Shown here piece by piece: positions 1-8,456 of a stretch of DNA of 22,176 nt (positions are counted from its first letter, which is position 1; every line of letters begins with the position of its first letter). The notes under the pieces are model-generated. The model saw only the letters and a list, made by a program, of their open reading frames with translations. It had not been told where the DNA came from and did no database searches. This DNA comes from a virus. Lineage: Duplodnaviria; Heunggongvirae; Uroviricota; Caudoviricetes. A program made the translations under genes and the position numbers. The stretch covers positions 1 to 22,176 of IMG/VR virus record IMGVR_UViG_2585427971_000007; one strand, written 5' to 3'.

Positions 1-549
1 ATGCAATTTAATATCCCTACGTTGCTTACACTGTTCCGTGTCATCCTTATCCCATTCTTTGTATTGGTCTTTTATTTGCCTGTCACCTGGTCGCCGTTTG
101 CCGCCGCGCTCATTTTCTGCGTCGCGGCGGTGACTGACTGGTTCGATGGTTTTCTGGCACGCCGCTGGAATCAGAGTACCCGGTTTGGTGCTTTCCTTGA
201 CCCTGTCGCAGATAAAGTTCTCGTGGCTATCGCCATGGTGCTGGTAACCGAGCATTACCACAGCTGGTGGGTGACCTTACCGGCAGCAACGATGATCGCC
301 CGTGAAATTATTATTTCTGCGCTACGCGAATGGATGGCGGAGTTGGGTAAACGCAGTAGCGTGGCTGTCTCCTGGATTGGAAAAGTGAAAACCACTGCCC
401 AGATGGTGGCGTTGGCATGGCTGCTGTGGCGTCCGAATATTTGGGTTGAGTACGCCGGTATTGCACTTTTCTTTGTGGCTGCGGTACTGACTCTGTGGTC
501 AATGTTGCAATATTTGAGCGCTGCGCGTGCAGATTTGCTTGATCAGTGA
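1..549 (+). CDS. pgsA: CDP-diacylglycerol--glycerol-3-phosphate 3-phosphatidyltransferase (phosphatidylglycerophosphate synthase), complete 182 aa
   Basis: 182-aa ORF starting at nt 1 with a hydrophobic multi-pass membrane profile; sequence recognised from memory as E. coli PgsA; followed by the glyW-cysT-leuZ tRNA cluster as in E. coli. Confidence 0.93.
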
Positions 550-599
550 TCGTTTCGGCGCAATTTTCAGCAAACGATCAAAAGTGGTGAAAAATATCG

Positions 600-627
600 T
601 TGACTCATCGCGCCAGGTAAGTAGAAT
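600..627 (+). promoter_or_regulatory. sigma70-type promoter for the tRNA operon (TTGACT, 16-bp spacer, TAGAAT, GC-rich discriminator)
   Basis: TTGACT at 600-605 and TAGAAT at 622-627, about 75 bp upstream of the first tRNA. Confidence 0.55.
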
Positions 628-700
628 GCAACGCATCGAACGGCGGCACTGATTGCCAGACGATAATAAAATCAAGTGATTAACTGATTGCTTGATGAAT

Positions 701-776
<76 letters not shown>

Positions 777-829
777 GTTTAAAAGGCATCGGCGTCAGCG
801 GATGTCTGGCTGAAAGGCCTGAAGAATTT

Positions 830-903
830 GGCGCGTTAACAAAGCGGTTATGTAGCGGATTGCAAATCCGTCTAGTCCGGTTCGACTCCGGAACGCGCCT
901 CCA
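830..903 (+). tRNA. cysT: tRNA-Cys (anticodon GCA)
   Basis: 74-nt sequence ggcgcgttaacaaagcggttatgtagcggattgcaaatccg...ggttcgactccggaacgcgcctcca with GCA anticodon and CCA end. Confidence 0.92.
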
Positions 904-915
904 CTTTTTTCCCGA

Positions 916-1002
916 GCCCGGATGGTGGAATCGGTAGACACAAGGGATTTAAAATCCCTCGGCGTTCGCGCTGTGCGGGTTCAAGTCCCGCTCCGGGTAC
1001 CA
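916..1002 (+). tRNA. leuZ: tRNA-Leu (anticodon TAA), long variable arm
   Basis: 87-nt sequence gcccggatggtggaatcggtagacacaagggatttaaaatccctc...gggttcaagtcccgctccgggtacca; class II tRNA with TAA anticodon. Confidence 0.92.
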
Positions 1003-1043
1003 TGGGAAAGATAAGAATAAAATCAAAGCAATAAGCAGTGTCG

Positions 1044-1070
1044 TGAAACCACCTTCGGGTGGTTTTTTTG
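1044..1070 (+). terminator. rho-independent terminator of the tRNA operon (possibly bidirectional, also downstream of int)
   Basis: GC stem aaaccacc/ggtggttt with ttcg loop followed by a run of 7 T; A-rich on the 5' side. Confidence 0.8.
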
Positions 1071-1132
1071 TATCTTCTTTCTCATTTCCGAAGATGCGTC
1101 CGAAGATGATTTTTCTCTGGACGCATCATCAT

Positions 1133-2149
1133 TCATTTTCTCTGGCCACCAACTACGGGCACTACTTTAACTTTCCGGTCATATGCTGCTGTCTGTCGCG
1201 GGTTCTTATGCCCGGAAATTGCTTGCTTCTCTTCCAGGCTGCCTTCCAGATCAGAGATACCTTTTGCTTTCAGATCATGAAATGTGAAGTCTATTTGCAG
1301 ATGAGGATATTTTTCCTGTGCTGCCGCTTTGACATCACGCCAACGAGAGTTAAAACCATCACGGGTATACTTGCCACCGGTAGTTTGATGAATCACAAAC
1401 AGGCTACTGATTCCCGTTTTTAATGGCAGAGAACGAGCCAGAGCTATCGCTTTCTGCAGACGAGGCGACCAGGCTTTGATTTGCTTAACGCCGGTTTTTC
1501 CCTGACGAATGTAGATCCCGGAATCGAACAGCTGGTCTTTCTGCAATGAAAGTACATCACTCTGTCTGGCCACGCATAAGTAGGCAATCTCCATTGCTAC
1601 GCGAACAACATCAGGAGACACTTCATAAACGGCCTGATATTCTTCATCCGTAATATAACGTTCGCGAGCTTTCTCTTTAAACTGTTTAACTCCCTGACAA
1701 GGATTCCTCTGAACATAACCTCGTTCATAACCCCAACGGAATACCCGGGACATAAAGCTTTTTTCCCTGTTTGCCTGAGTTCGGCTTGATAAACCGCGTT
1801 GATCCATATAGCGCCGAATATGTTCAGGTTTGATTTTATCCGGGTCGATCTTCCCGAAGACAGGCAGAACTTTTCCGGAATATTTTGTGTAGTCTTTCCG
1901 GGTTTCGACTGCCAAATCCATAAAATCAGGGGAGGTCATGAATTGTTCCGTGAGCGCCTGAAAAGTATTTCTTTCTTTTTCGTCACCGACCGCTTTTTCA
2001 TATGCCAGCCATACGGCTGATCGTGGTGCATCCAATGCGCACAGGCGTATCGCTTTGTTATCTTTATTCCTGAATTCGTAGGCCGCTTTGCCCTGGTAAA
2101 CACGAGGCGGCATCCAGTTATCTGCTGGGTTCTTTCTCTTTCCGGCCAT
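1133..2149 (-). CDS. Tyrosine recombinase, lambda-family phage integrase
   Basis: ORF with N-terminal basic arm-binding-type region (MAGKRKNPADNWMPPRVY) and C-terminal catalytic motifs (GKTGVKQ, HDLKAKG, GHKNPRQTAAYDR with the Tyr); start set at the ATG at 2149 by analogy with lambda Int; the longer ORF runs to 2179. Confidence 0.9.
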   Translation of the reverse strand: MAGKRKNPADNWMPPRVYQGKAAYEFRNKDNKAIRLCALDAPRSAVWLAYEKAVGDEKERNTFQALTEQFMTSPDFMDLAVETRKDYTKYSGKVLPVFGKIDPDKIKPEHIRRYMDQRGLSSRTQANREKSFMSRVFRWGYERGYVQRNPCQGVKQFKEKARERYITDEEYQAVYEVSPDVVRVAMEIAYLCVARQSDVLSLQKDQLFDSGIYIRQGKTGVKQIKAWSPRLQKAIALARSLPLKTGISSLFVIHQTTGGKYTRDGFNSRWRDVKAAAQEKYPHLQIDFTFHDLKAKGISDLEGSLEEKQAISGHKNPRQTAAYDRKVKVVPVVGGQRK

Positions 2150-2381
2150 TAAATATTGCTCCAAAATCAGGTTCATCATCTTTTCGCGTCGTCACCTCCT
2201 GTAAATTGCGAAATTTTATTGGGTTCATGAAATGGCCCCAGGTTGTTTTTGGGTGTCCGTCAGCCCTTTCCATGAAGAAAATTCCAGCCCGGCGAAGAGC
2301 CTCACATTGCTTTGATTTAAGTGGGCTTCCCGTCAGCTCGACCATTTCTTCTCTGGTGATTATGTCGTGATCGCTTTTCAT
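2118..2381 (-). CDS. Excisionase-like small DNA-binding protein
   Basis: 87-aa ORF immediately upstream of and overlapping the integrase start; RBS GAGGAAAGACC directly before the ATG. Confidence 0.6.
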   Translation of the reverse strand: MKSDHDIITREEMVELTGSPLKSKQCEALRRAGIFFMERADGHPKTTWGHFMNPIKFRNLQEVTTRKDDEPDFGAIFNGRKEKEPSR

Positions 2382-2541
2382 GGTCTTTCCTCATTATGTA
2401 GCTTATTGCGTCATCTGCCTTCTGGCAGGCACGGGCAATATCAGACTCGGTCAAAGTCTGTTTCCTGACGCTGGCCGACAGTCGACCAATTTTGATATCA
2501 AATGCGGAGAGCAGAGTTGCTCCCGGTTGCCATCGCAGCAT
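2317..2541 (-). CDS. Hypothetical small protein (74 aa from the ATG at 2541), C-terminus overlaps the xis start in another frame
   Basis: ATG at 2541 preceded by a GGAGG Shine-Dalgarno; basic low-complexity C-terminal tail makes the call uncertain. Confidence 0.4.
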   Translation of the reverse strand: MLRWQPGATLLSAFDIKIGRLSASVRKQTLTESDIARACQKADDAISYIMRKDHEKRSRHNHQRRNGRADGKPT

Positions 2542-2590
2542 TGTGATCCTCCGGTGTCTGGTGAATCGCAATGCTAGCGATGGTGAGTTT

Positions 2591-2773
2591 TTATTTCTGA
2601 TTAGGCGTAATCAGTTCTTGTGGGGTGAATGCCGATTTCTCCCGAGTGACCTTAATGTTTTCTGGCAGGTGTAGCCCAAGTTCGCAGCGGCTCCGTGCTT
2701 CAATAATGCCATTGGTACCATCGGCAAGTACCAGGTGAACCGCGTCACCACGCTTTAATGTGAGTTTAAGCAT
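2591..2773 (-). CDS. Hypothetical small protein (60 aa)
   Basis: Start codon overlaps the stop of the upstream 189-aa gene (ATGA overlap), suggesting translational coupling. Confidence 0.5.
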   Translation of the reverse strand: MLKLTLKRGDAVHLVLADGTNGIIEARSRCELGLHLPENIKVTREKSAFTPQELITPNQK

Positions 2774-3342
2774 TAGCGTATCCTCAGTGACCGTTCGCCG
2801 CGTTCCAGATGTGCGCCTGGTACCGGGTTTAATAACTCGGCTGGTGGTGTTTCTCCACGCGCCAGTATTTCGGCGGCAACCGCCTCCGCAGATTCAATCA
2901 CTTCTTTAATGGCTCGCTTGTTTGGTGTAATAACCGTTTCTACATCAACAAGTGACACGCCCTCATACTCATCCGGGATCTTATCTTTGCTATCGATAAT
3001 TACCCGGATAGCCCCCTGTGCATCAGTAAATGTGTTTTTTGCGGTTTTCAGTTTATCCAGGCCAGCAGCTTGCAGGCAGGTGAGCATATGCTTTCGAATT
3101 GCTTTTTCCTTGCCTTCAAAGGACGTCTTACGGGTTGCCAGGCGAGACATTTCTTCAGCGCAGGTATTGGCATTGCCCTGTAAATTACGGCAGATGACCA
3201 TCATGGCGTCCAGTTTGTCTCCCAGTTCTCCTTCCATGCCTTCAAGCGTGTCGGCGATCATCTCTGGCGTCAGTTCATCGGCGGTTTCTAACAGGTCAAT
3301 CAGACTGGCATATTCTTTTGCAATAGCGATAGCAGTGCTCAT
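2773..3342 (-). CDS. Phage early protein, Gam / Gp157-like (putative host-nuclease inhibitor); family assignment tentative
   Basis: 189-aa acidic protein with coiled-coil-like N-terminus; AGGAG RBS; start overlaps the stop of the upstream annealase gene; resemblance to Mu Gam / siphovirus Gp157 judged from memory only. Confidence 0.55.
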   Translation of the reverse strand: MSTAIAIAKEYASLIDLLETADELTPEMIADTLEGMEGELGDKLDAMMVICRNLQGNANTCAEEMSRLATRKTSFEGKEKAIRKHMLTCLQAAGLDKLKTAKNTFTDAQGAIRVIIDSKDKIPDEYEGVSLVDVETVITPNKRAIKEVIESAEAVAAEILARGETPPAELLNPVPGAHLERGERSLRIR

Positions 3343-5555
3343 GCTGTTTGCTCCTGTGCAGCGGTAAGGGCGGCGAGGCGTTCAGTTTTAATGTCGGTGA
3401 TACGGCGCAGACGTGATCCCAGATACGATGAATATTCTTTATCGCCTTTGGTTTCCGCTGCTTTCCTGTGTACATCCACTTCGCGGGCGATGAGGCCAAA
3501 TACCTTGTTTACTTCGTTGGCGGTTACCGCGGCGGCCAGCGTATTGGCAACGTTGATAAGCTTCTCATCCAGTTCCTTACGCAGACGGGTAGCATCTTCC
3601 GCATTCTCGCTGGCATTCTTGATATCAAACTCAGCTTTATTCCTCTGGCGGTATTCCGGATTGTCGTACAGGCCCATGAAAATATCGGCGCTGAATCCGA
3701 GAGGGGATAGCGCTTTCTTAACAGCATCCGTCCAGGATTTCTTCGGTGCTTCGCCGTCGCTTGTTGGTCCGTATTTAGTGTCGTAGATATAAGGTGTGCA
3801 TCCGTAAGCCTCGGACTCACCGCGTACCCCATTCAATATGTACCAGACTCTCACTTTCATGGTGTGGTGCATTTCACATAGGTACCCGCCAACACCGTCT
3901 TGAATCAGATCCCATTCTATTTTTTCACCAACCTGTTTTTTGCGAACTATTGGTGCGCCTTTATCAAAGCGCTCCTCCAGCACCTCTACCCCCCAGCCAA
4001 TACCAAATGGCCCAAATTCGCGAGTCGCTTTCATCGCTATATAAGTGCCGTTGATGGATGTGCCGCCGCCATTCTGAGAGAAAGCACTGGTGAAGCGCTC
4101 ATCGGTTTTGAATACGTTCTTCCACAATGCCAGGTTATCCGTGTCATCTGAGTCCTTTAACTCCGTTTCGATAGCTGAGATTGCATTCTGCCGCTTGTGC
4201 TCTTCGGCATGGATCCGCTCAACCAGCGCGTCAACGTTCTGCACCAGATCCTTTACCTGCTCGCTAAGTTGTTCTTGTGGAGGAGTCTCTTCTGCCAGGG
4301 TAATAGCTGCAGGTTCCCTCTGTGATACGGCGTTATTTTCAGGTACGTCATACACATGGCGAGGCGTGACAAACTGCTCACGCAACTGCTGCAAACTACG
4401 TTCTCCAGCATTTGCAGCTTCGCTTTTTTCGCCCTGATTTGAGGGTGTTTCTGACATCATCCCATCAATTGAGAATCGTCCGCCGCCGTGGTTGGTGACT
4501 TTTACATCATCCTTGGGTGCTGCTTCCTTTGGCTTCTCTTCAACAGCATTTGCATCACGCTGCCCGTTAGCTTGCAGCCAGTTGTCGATGTGACTGCGCA
4601 GGGATTGTGGGAAGTGGTACGTGTCTTTTGCGGGGGCGCTCTGAATAACACCGAATACTGATGCGCGGTCATAGGCAAGGATCTGATCCGTTGTGCGCAA
4701 GGCCATTGACCAGCGTTTAAAATCTTCCCTGTCCTGACTGATTATTTCGTCTGCCGCTTTCAGGATGCTGGGGGTGATTTTTTCCGGGGCAACAGGTAAC
4801 AGGGCGCAGGCAATTTCACGATCCAGAGTGGCGTGAGTCTGTTTGTAAGGACGTGCGGATGCTGTTTCTGGTTTTACCTCCGGCAGCATTTCATCTCGTT
4901 TACCGGGATTCTCTACCCATTTTTTTATAAATTTGGAGATAGTCCAACTGGTCGGGTTTTGTTCCTGGGTATCGCAACTTGCCAAAATTGCATGTACCAG
5001 ATTATTCAATCCAGCAATATGCATGTACTCGATGGGCTTACACGCCACCATGGCATCAAGAACGATGCGGTTAAACGCGTCAACCTCATCCTCACTGTCA
5101 GTATCACTGTTATCGAGCATCTCCAGGTATTCACGCGTCTGCACAAGCAATTCACTGTCGACTTCGTTGGCGTCGTGGCTGAACAGCAGAACGGCGGCGA
5201 ATCGTTCACGAGCCGGCAGTTTCATCAGGTCGCTAACCTGTGAGATATCTGCTGAACTGCAATCTGAATCAACAGGAGTGTTAACTACCCATTTTTCGCC
5301 ATCAAAACTGTGTTCTGTGGCAAACGTCTCATCAAACTCACCGACGCCTGGGCGCGGTTGGCCCGGGGCATCTTCCCAGATTTTAGGTTTGAAATAGTTG
5401 TCGCCGTGGTCAGGGTAGGCTTCCCACAATTTGCCGATGATGATGTTCTCGGCAACTTTTTTGTTAGGGGCGGCGATGGCGATGGCCAGCGCCGGGATCG
5501 CGCCGTTTTTGAGCGCGCCTTTTTTCGCTTCTAACAAGCCGTTAAAAATGGTCAT
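3339..5555 (-). CDS. Large early protein: N-terminal ~470 aa of unknown function fused to a C-terminal Rad52/Sak-like single-strand annealing domain
   Basis: 738-aa ORF with RBS GAGGAAAGACC; residues ~490-635 carry Rad52-family hallmarks (GGG...FGPFGIGWG ... GESEAYG ... TDAVKKALSPLGFSADIFMGLYD). Confidence 0.75.
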   Translation of the reverse strand: MTIFNGLLEAKKGALKNGAIPALAIAIAAPNKKVAENIIIGKLWEAYPDHGDNYFKPKIWEDAPGQPRPGVGEFDETFATEHSFDGEKWVVNTPVDSDCSSADISQVSDLMKLPARERFAAVLLFSHDANEVDSELLVQTREYLEMLDNSDTDSEDEVDAFNRIVLDAMVACKPIEYMHIAGLNNLVHAILASCDTQEQNPTSWTISKFIKKWVENPGKRDEMLPEVKPETASARPYKQTHATLDREIACALLPVAPEKITPSILKAADEIISQDREDFKRWSMALRTTDQILAYDRASVFGVIQSAPAKDTYHFPQSLRSHIDNWLQANGQRDANAVEEKPKEAAPKDDVKVTNHGGGRFSIDGMMSETPSNQGEKSEAANAGERSLQQLREQFVTPRHVYDVPENNAVSQREPAAITLAEETPPQEQLSEQVKDLVQNVDALVERIHAEEHKRQNAISAIETELKDSDDTDNLALWKNVFKTDERFTSAFSQNGGGTSINGTYIAMKATREFGPFGIGWGVEVLEERFDKGAPIVRKKQVGEKIEWDLIQDGVGGYLCEMHHTMKVRVWYILNGVRGESEAYGCTPYIYDTKYGPTSDGEAPKKSWTDAVKKALSPLGFSADIFMGLYDNPEYRQRNKAEFDIKNASENAEDATRLRKELDEKLINVANTLAAAVTANEVNKVFGLIAREVDVHRKAAETKGDKEYSSYLGSRLRRITDIKTERLAALTAAQEQTA

Positions 5556-5585
5556 TGGTCTTTCCTCATTACAGGTCAGTGGTTT

Positions 5586-5906
5586 TTAGTAGGGGAGCTC
5601 ATCGGTATCTGGCGTGTATTCGATGCAAAGTAACTGCTGGATTTTGTCATCGATAGCAGCAATACGCTGTTGGGCGTCGGCGACTGTTTTCTGTTTTTGT
5701 TCACGCAGTTGCTCGACCTGTAAACCGATGATGTCGATTGGCTCGGGCTGGTTAACGGTAATTTCAATTTCGCGGCTTTCCAGAAGGATGTACCTGTCTG
5801 GAAAATTTTTTGACATATCAACAGTCGCAACAAGCAGCTTTTCGTGGCTGAAAGTTGAAGTTGCATAATGAATAAAGAGTGTTACTGGGATGGTGCGCGC
5901 TTCCAT
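5586..5906 (-). CDS. Hypothetical phage early protein (106 aa)
   Basis: ATG preceded by an AAGGAG RBS; first gene of the leftward early operon. Confidence 0.6.
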   Translation of the reverse strand: MEARTIPVTLFIHYATSTFSHEKLLVATVDMSKNFPDRYILLESREIEITVNQPEPIDIIGLQVEQLREQKQKTVADAQQRIAAIDDKIQQLLCIEYTPDTDELPY

Positions 5907-6759
5907 AGCGACTCCTTGGTAATGTATACTCAGAGCCGATCAGCGAATATTGATCAGCTTCCATAGCGTCAGTGTCGTTGGTCTTTCCTCATCACAAGTT
6001 TGGTCACTTGTGATAAATCCGAATGGTTTGGTCGCCGTTCGGGGTAACTGGCCCGCCTTGTGCGGGTCTTTTGCTATCTAAAGGGTGCCGGTTACGTTTC
6101 CGGCGTCGTTATGTTTCCATTACGACCGTACAGGGCTGGTCAGGCCCGGGCTGGTCTTTCCTGTTTTGAGCTGGTCAGGCTCATGGTCAACGCTGGTCAG
6201 GCGTGGTACTTCCTCCGGTCTTTCCCTGGTGTCACGCTGCGGGTTTGGCCTCTCCTGTTGGGGACTCAGGCACAGCGATAAAACCTGGCTGTGTGAAAAA
6301 ATGGCCCATCGTGCGGACTGGGCAAAGACTAAACACAGCAAATTGATGATGGGCGCCCGGAATCGAACCGGGTAACGGGCAGGGAGTTCCCGTTAAACAC
6401 CTGTTCACCACAACCGGGAGCGCACTCCGCCATTTCAAAATTTAACGACAAAGCTCAAAGTTGAGTCGATGAAGTGCGCTCTCGTGTTGTAGCCAGGACT
6501 CTTCCCTGGTGGTCACACCGTATCGCCTTGATGGTGAATCAATCGCTCATACCTGGCTGTGGCTTGCACATTCCGGCTACCTGCTATGGAGACAACGCGT
6601 TAAGGCTCCGCTTCCATCCAGACCGCTTCGACACATGTGCCATATGCCGGTGAAGTCTTTCCCTCTGTCACCGTGTTGGCGCCGACGCGCAAAATTTGGT
6701 GCCGTCTTTCCGGCTGTCAGAACGTGTTTCTGAACAACTGCCGCTGGGTAAGCGTTGTT

Positions 6760-6870
6760 GATGAAAGTGACTTTACAATTTGTATTTGTAATGGTCAATG
6801 TGTTTTTAAAAAATAATTTGTAGTGAGGGGCAAAAAAATATTCACTGTGTAAAGGTGTTTTTGTGTTAGG
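6760..6870. promoter_or_regulatory. AT-rich putative OL/pL-type operator-promoter region downstream of the repressor gene
   Basis: Repeated TTTGTA(A/T) motifs (caatttgtatttgtaatgg, aataatttgtagtgagg) resembling those between the repressor and cro genes. Confidence 0.4.
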
Positions 6871-6995
6871 GGAAAGTTGCATGCCAGCAGCGGCTGGCCT
6901 GGAAATTTGAACTGAACTATTTTGTCTGGTTTTTGGCTTCAAGTAGTTCTTTTAGCAGTAGATCGAAGTGCTCTCTTTTTCTTTTAGCTCATTGA

Positions 6996-7328
6996 TTAAT
7001 TTATTTTTTCGCTCTCAGGCAGTCCTCTGAATAGTTGCAGTAGAGCCTGTTCTTGCGGGGTTAGTTCTTGATTGTAATTACCCGGGTGTAGTGTGGATTC
7101 ATCCAAATATTCCCCTTCATTCATGAAGAAAAAATGAACAGGGTATCCGGTCACTTTTGCTAGCTTGTCTAATTTATCTTTTCTTGGAGTTACCCCATTA
7201 CACCATGCCTGAACTGATTGAGCCGTAACCCCAATATGGCGAGCTAACTCAGATTGAGACCAGCCTAAGTCTTTTAGAATCCGTTGTAGTCGGCTAGCAA
7301 AAGCCATGTTTTTCGTTTTTGTGTTCAT
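6996..7328 (-). CDS. Phage repressor, short XRE-family helix-turn-helix protein with no peptidase domain
   Basis: HTH signature WSQSELARHIGVTAQSVQAWCNG; divergent from a Cro-like gene; start uncertain (alternatives at 7343 TTG, 7328 ATG, 7307 ATG). Confidence 0.8.
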   Translation of the reverse strand: MNTKTKNMAFASRLQRILKDLGWSQSELARHIGVTAQSVQAWCNGVTPRKDKLDKLAKVTGYPVHFFFMNEGEYLDESTLHPGNYNQELTPQEQALLQLFRGLPESEKIN

Positions 7329-7343
7329 ACCGTAAGGATACAA

Positions 7344-7426
7344 GGTTTAATTGTAGGGAGCATTGCAAATATAATTTGTAATTACAGTTATTGTTTGTAA
7401 TGATGACGCGGACACAAGGAGTCCAT
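7344..7426. promoter_or_regulatory. Divergent promoter/operator region of the immunity switch
   Basis: Intergenic region between divergent repressor and cro genes with repeated TTTGTAAT motifs (aatttgtaattacag, ttgtttgtaatgatg) and TTGCAA -35-like hexamer. Confidence 0.55.
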
Positions 7427-7657
7427 ATGGATAAACAACTGCAAGACAAAATTCTTTCCGTAATGAGTCAATCCGAGTTAGGGCGGCGATTAGGGAAAAA
7501 ACCACAAACGGTAAGCCTCTGGTTCAAAGGACGGGTTCCCGGTGAAGAGGTTTTGCGCACATCTGAAGCTCTTGAATGGCGCGTGACCCCTCATGATCTT
7601 AGACCGGATCTTTACCCAAACCCAGATGACAGCTTGCCTAAAACGGAAGCAGCTTAA
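7427..7657 (+). CDS. Cro/Apl-like HTH regulator (76 aa from the ATG at 7427)
   Basis: AAGGAG RBS 5 nt upstream of the ATG; HTH motif SQSELGRRLGKKPQTVSLWFKG; divergent from the repressor. Confidence 0.8.
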   Translation: MDKQLQDKILSVMSQSELGRRLGKKPQTVSLWFKGRVPGEEVLRTSEALEWRVTPHDLRPDLYPNPDDSLPKTEAA

Positions 7658-7715
7658 CTGTTGGTGAGCCCCAAATCTGATTAAGCGTAATCAATTTTTA
7701 GCGACAGGAGACGCT

Positions 7716-8192
7716 ATGGAAAACCAAGAGGAATTACAAAAAGAGATTTTGACCTGGGCGGCAAGGGCAGGGCAGGAACTCGTCACGATTGAAATCTGCC
7801 GGGCCTGGTTCAGTCAGGGACGCAATGATGAGTTGAGACTACATGAATTTGAGGACGCGGACGGCAACGTGGACTGGAGAGCCATCAACAACAATCGGCA
7901 GAAAATCTTTCGCTGGTTACGTGGCGAGACAACGGCGGCGCGCCGAAAAACTCAGGTGCTGGCCAGTGTGATGAAAGCCGTGCTACCCGCAGAACGGCGG
8001 GCACGTCTGGAGTCGCCGGGCGATCCCGTTTTGCTGGCAACGCTGGCGGCAAAAGAAGGGGTGGAAGCGATTAACGCTGTACATCTCCACTTCGCGCCAG
8101 AGTTAACTATTCAGGAAATTGACGAAGCAATAGCGGCGCTGGTAGCGACGCGAGGAGCAGTGATACGCACTGCGCAAGACCACCATGCATGA
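7716..8192 (+). CDS. Phage regulatory protein, CII-like / YdaT-like (tentative)
   Basis: 158-aa ORF with AGGAG RBS directly downstream of cro; functional call rests on position in the switch operon only. Confidence 0.45.
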   Translation: MENQEELQKEILTWAARAGQELVTIEICRAWFSQGRNDELRLHEFEDADGNVDWRAINNNRQKIFRWLRGETTAARRKTQVLASVMKAVLPAERRARLESPGDPVLLATLAAKEGVEAINAVHLHFAPELTIQEIDEAIAALVATRGAVIRTAQDHHA

Positions 8193-8231
8193 GCGCCTGA
8201 CCAGCGTTTAACTTATACCGAGGAAAGACCG

Positions 8232-8456
8232 ATGTTAAGACATATTGACCGCATTACCTGGCGTAACGGCTGGCACCTGAATGGACGCCCGGCACATGTT
8301 GCAGAGATCCGCCCCATATTCGATGGCCGCGTCGCAGCTGCACGTTCTGTATGGGAAAAGTACGAAGAAGAAAAAGCGAAACTGCGTGAGCAAAATCTCT
8401 CTGGCGCTGCCTATGAGGCTGGCTGTCGCGTTCTCTCAGAGGCTTTGGGCATATGA
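8232..8456 (+). CDS. Hypothetical protein (74 aa)
   Basis: ATG preceded by GAGGAAAGACC RBS; last gene of the rightward early operon before the convergent junction. Confidence 0.5.
   Translation: MLRHIDRITWRNGWHLNGRPAHVAEIRPIFDGRVAAARSVWEKYEEEKAKLREQNLSGAAYEAGCRVLSEALGI

Noticed and set aside
1043-2020. Plus-strand ORFs 1043-1423 and 1799-2020 inside the integrase region
   Set aside because: Antisense to a well-supported integrase gene, no RBS, odd composition; shadow ORFs.
3339-5555. 738-aa protein as a RecE-type exonuclease VIII
   Set aside because: The recognisable domain is a C-terminal Rad52-like annealase rather than a C-terminal nuclease, and I could not reliably recall RecE sequence to compare.
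6060-6942. Several 68-121-aa ORFs on both strands in the region between the early-left operon and the repressor
   Set aside because: Mutually overlapping, no convincing RBS, most lack an ATG start, low-complexity or AT-rich translations; treated as non-coding.
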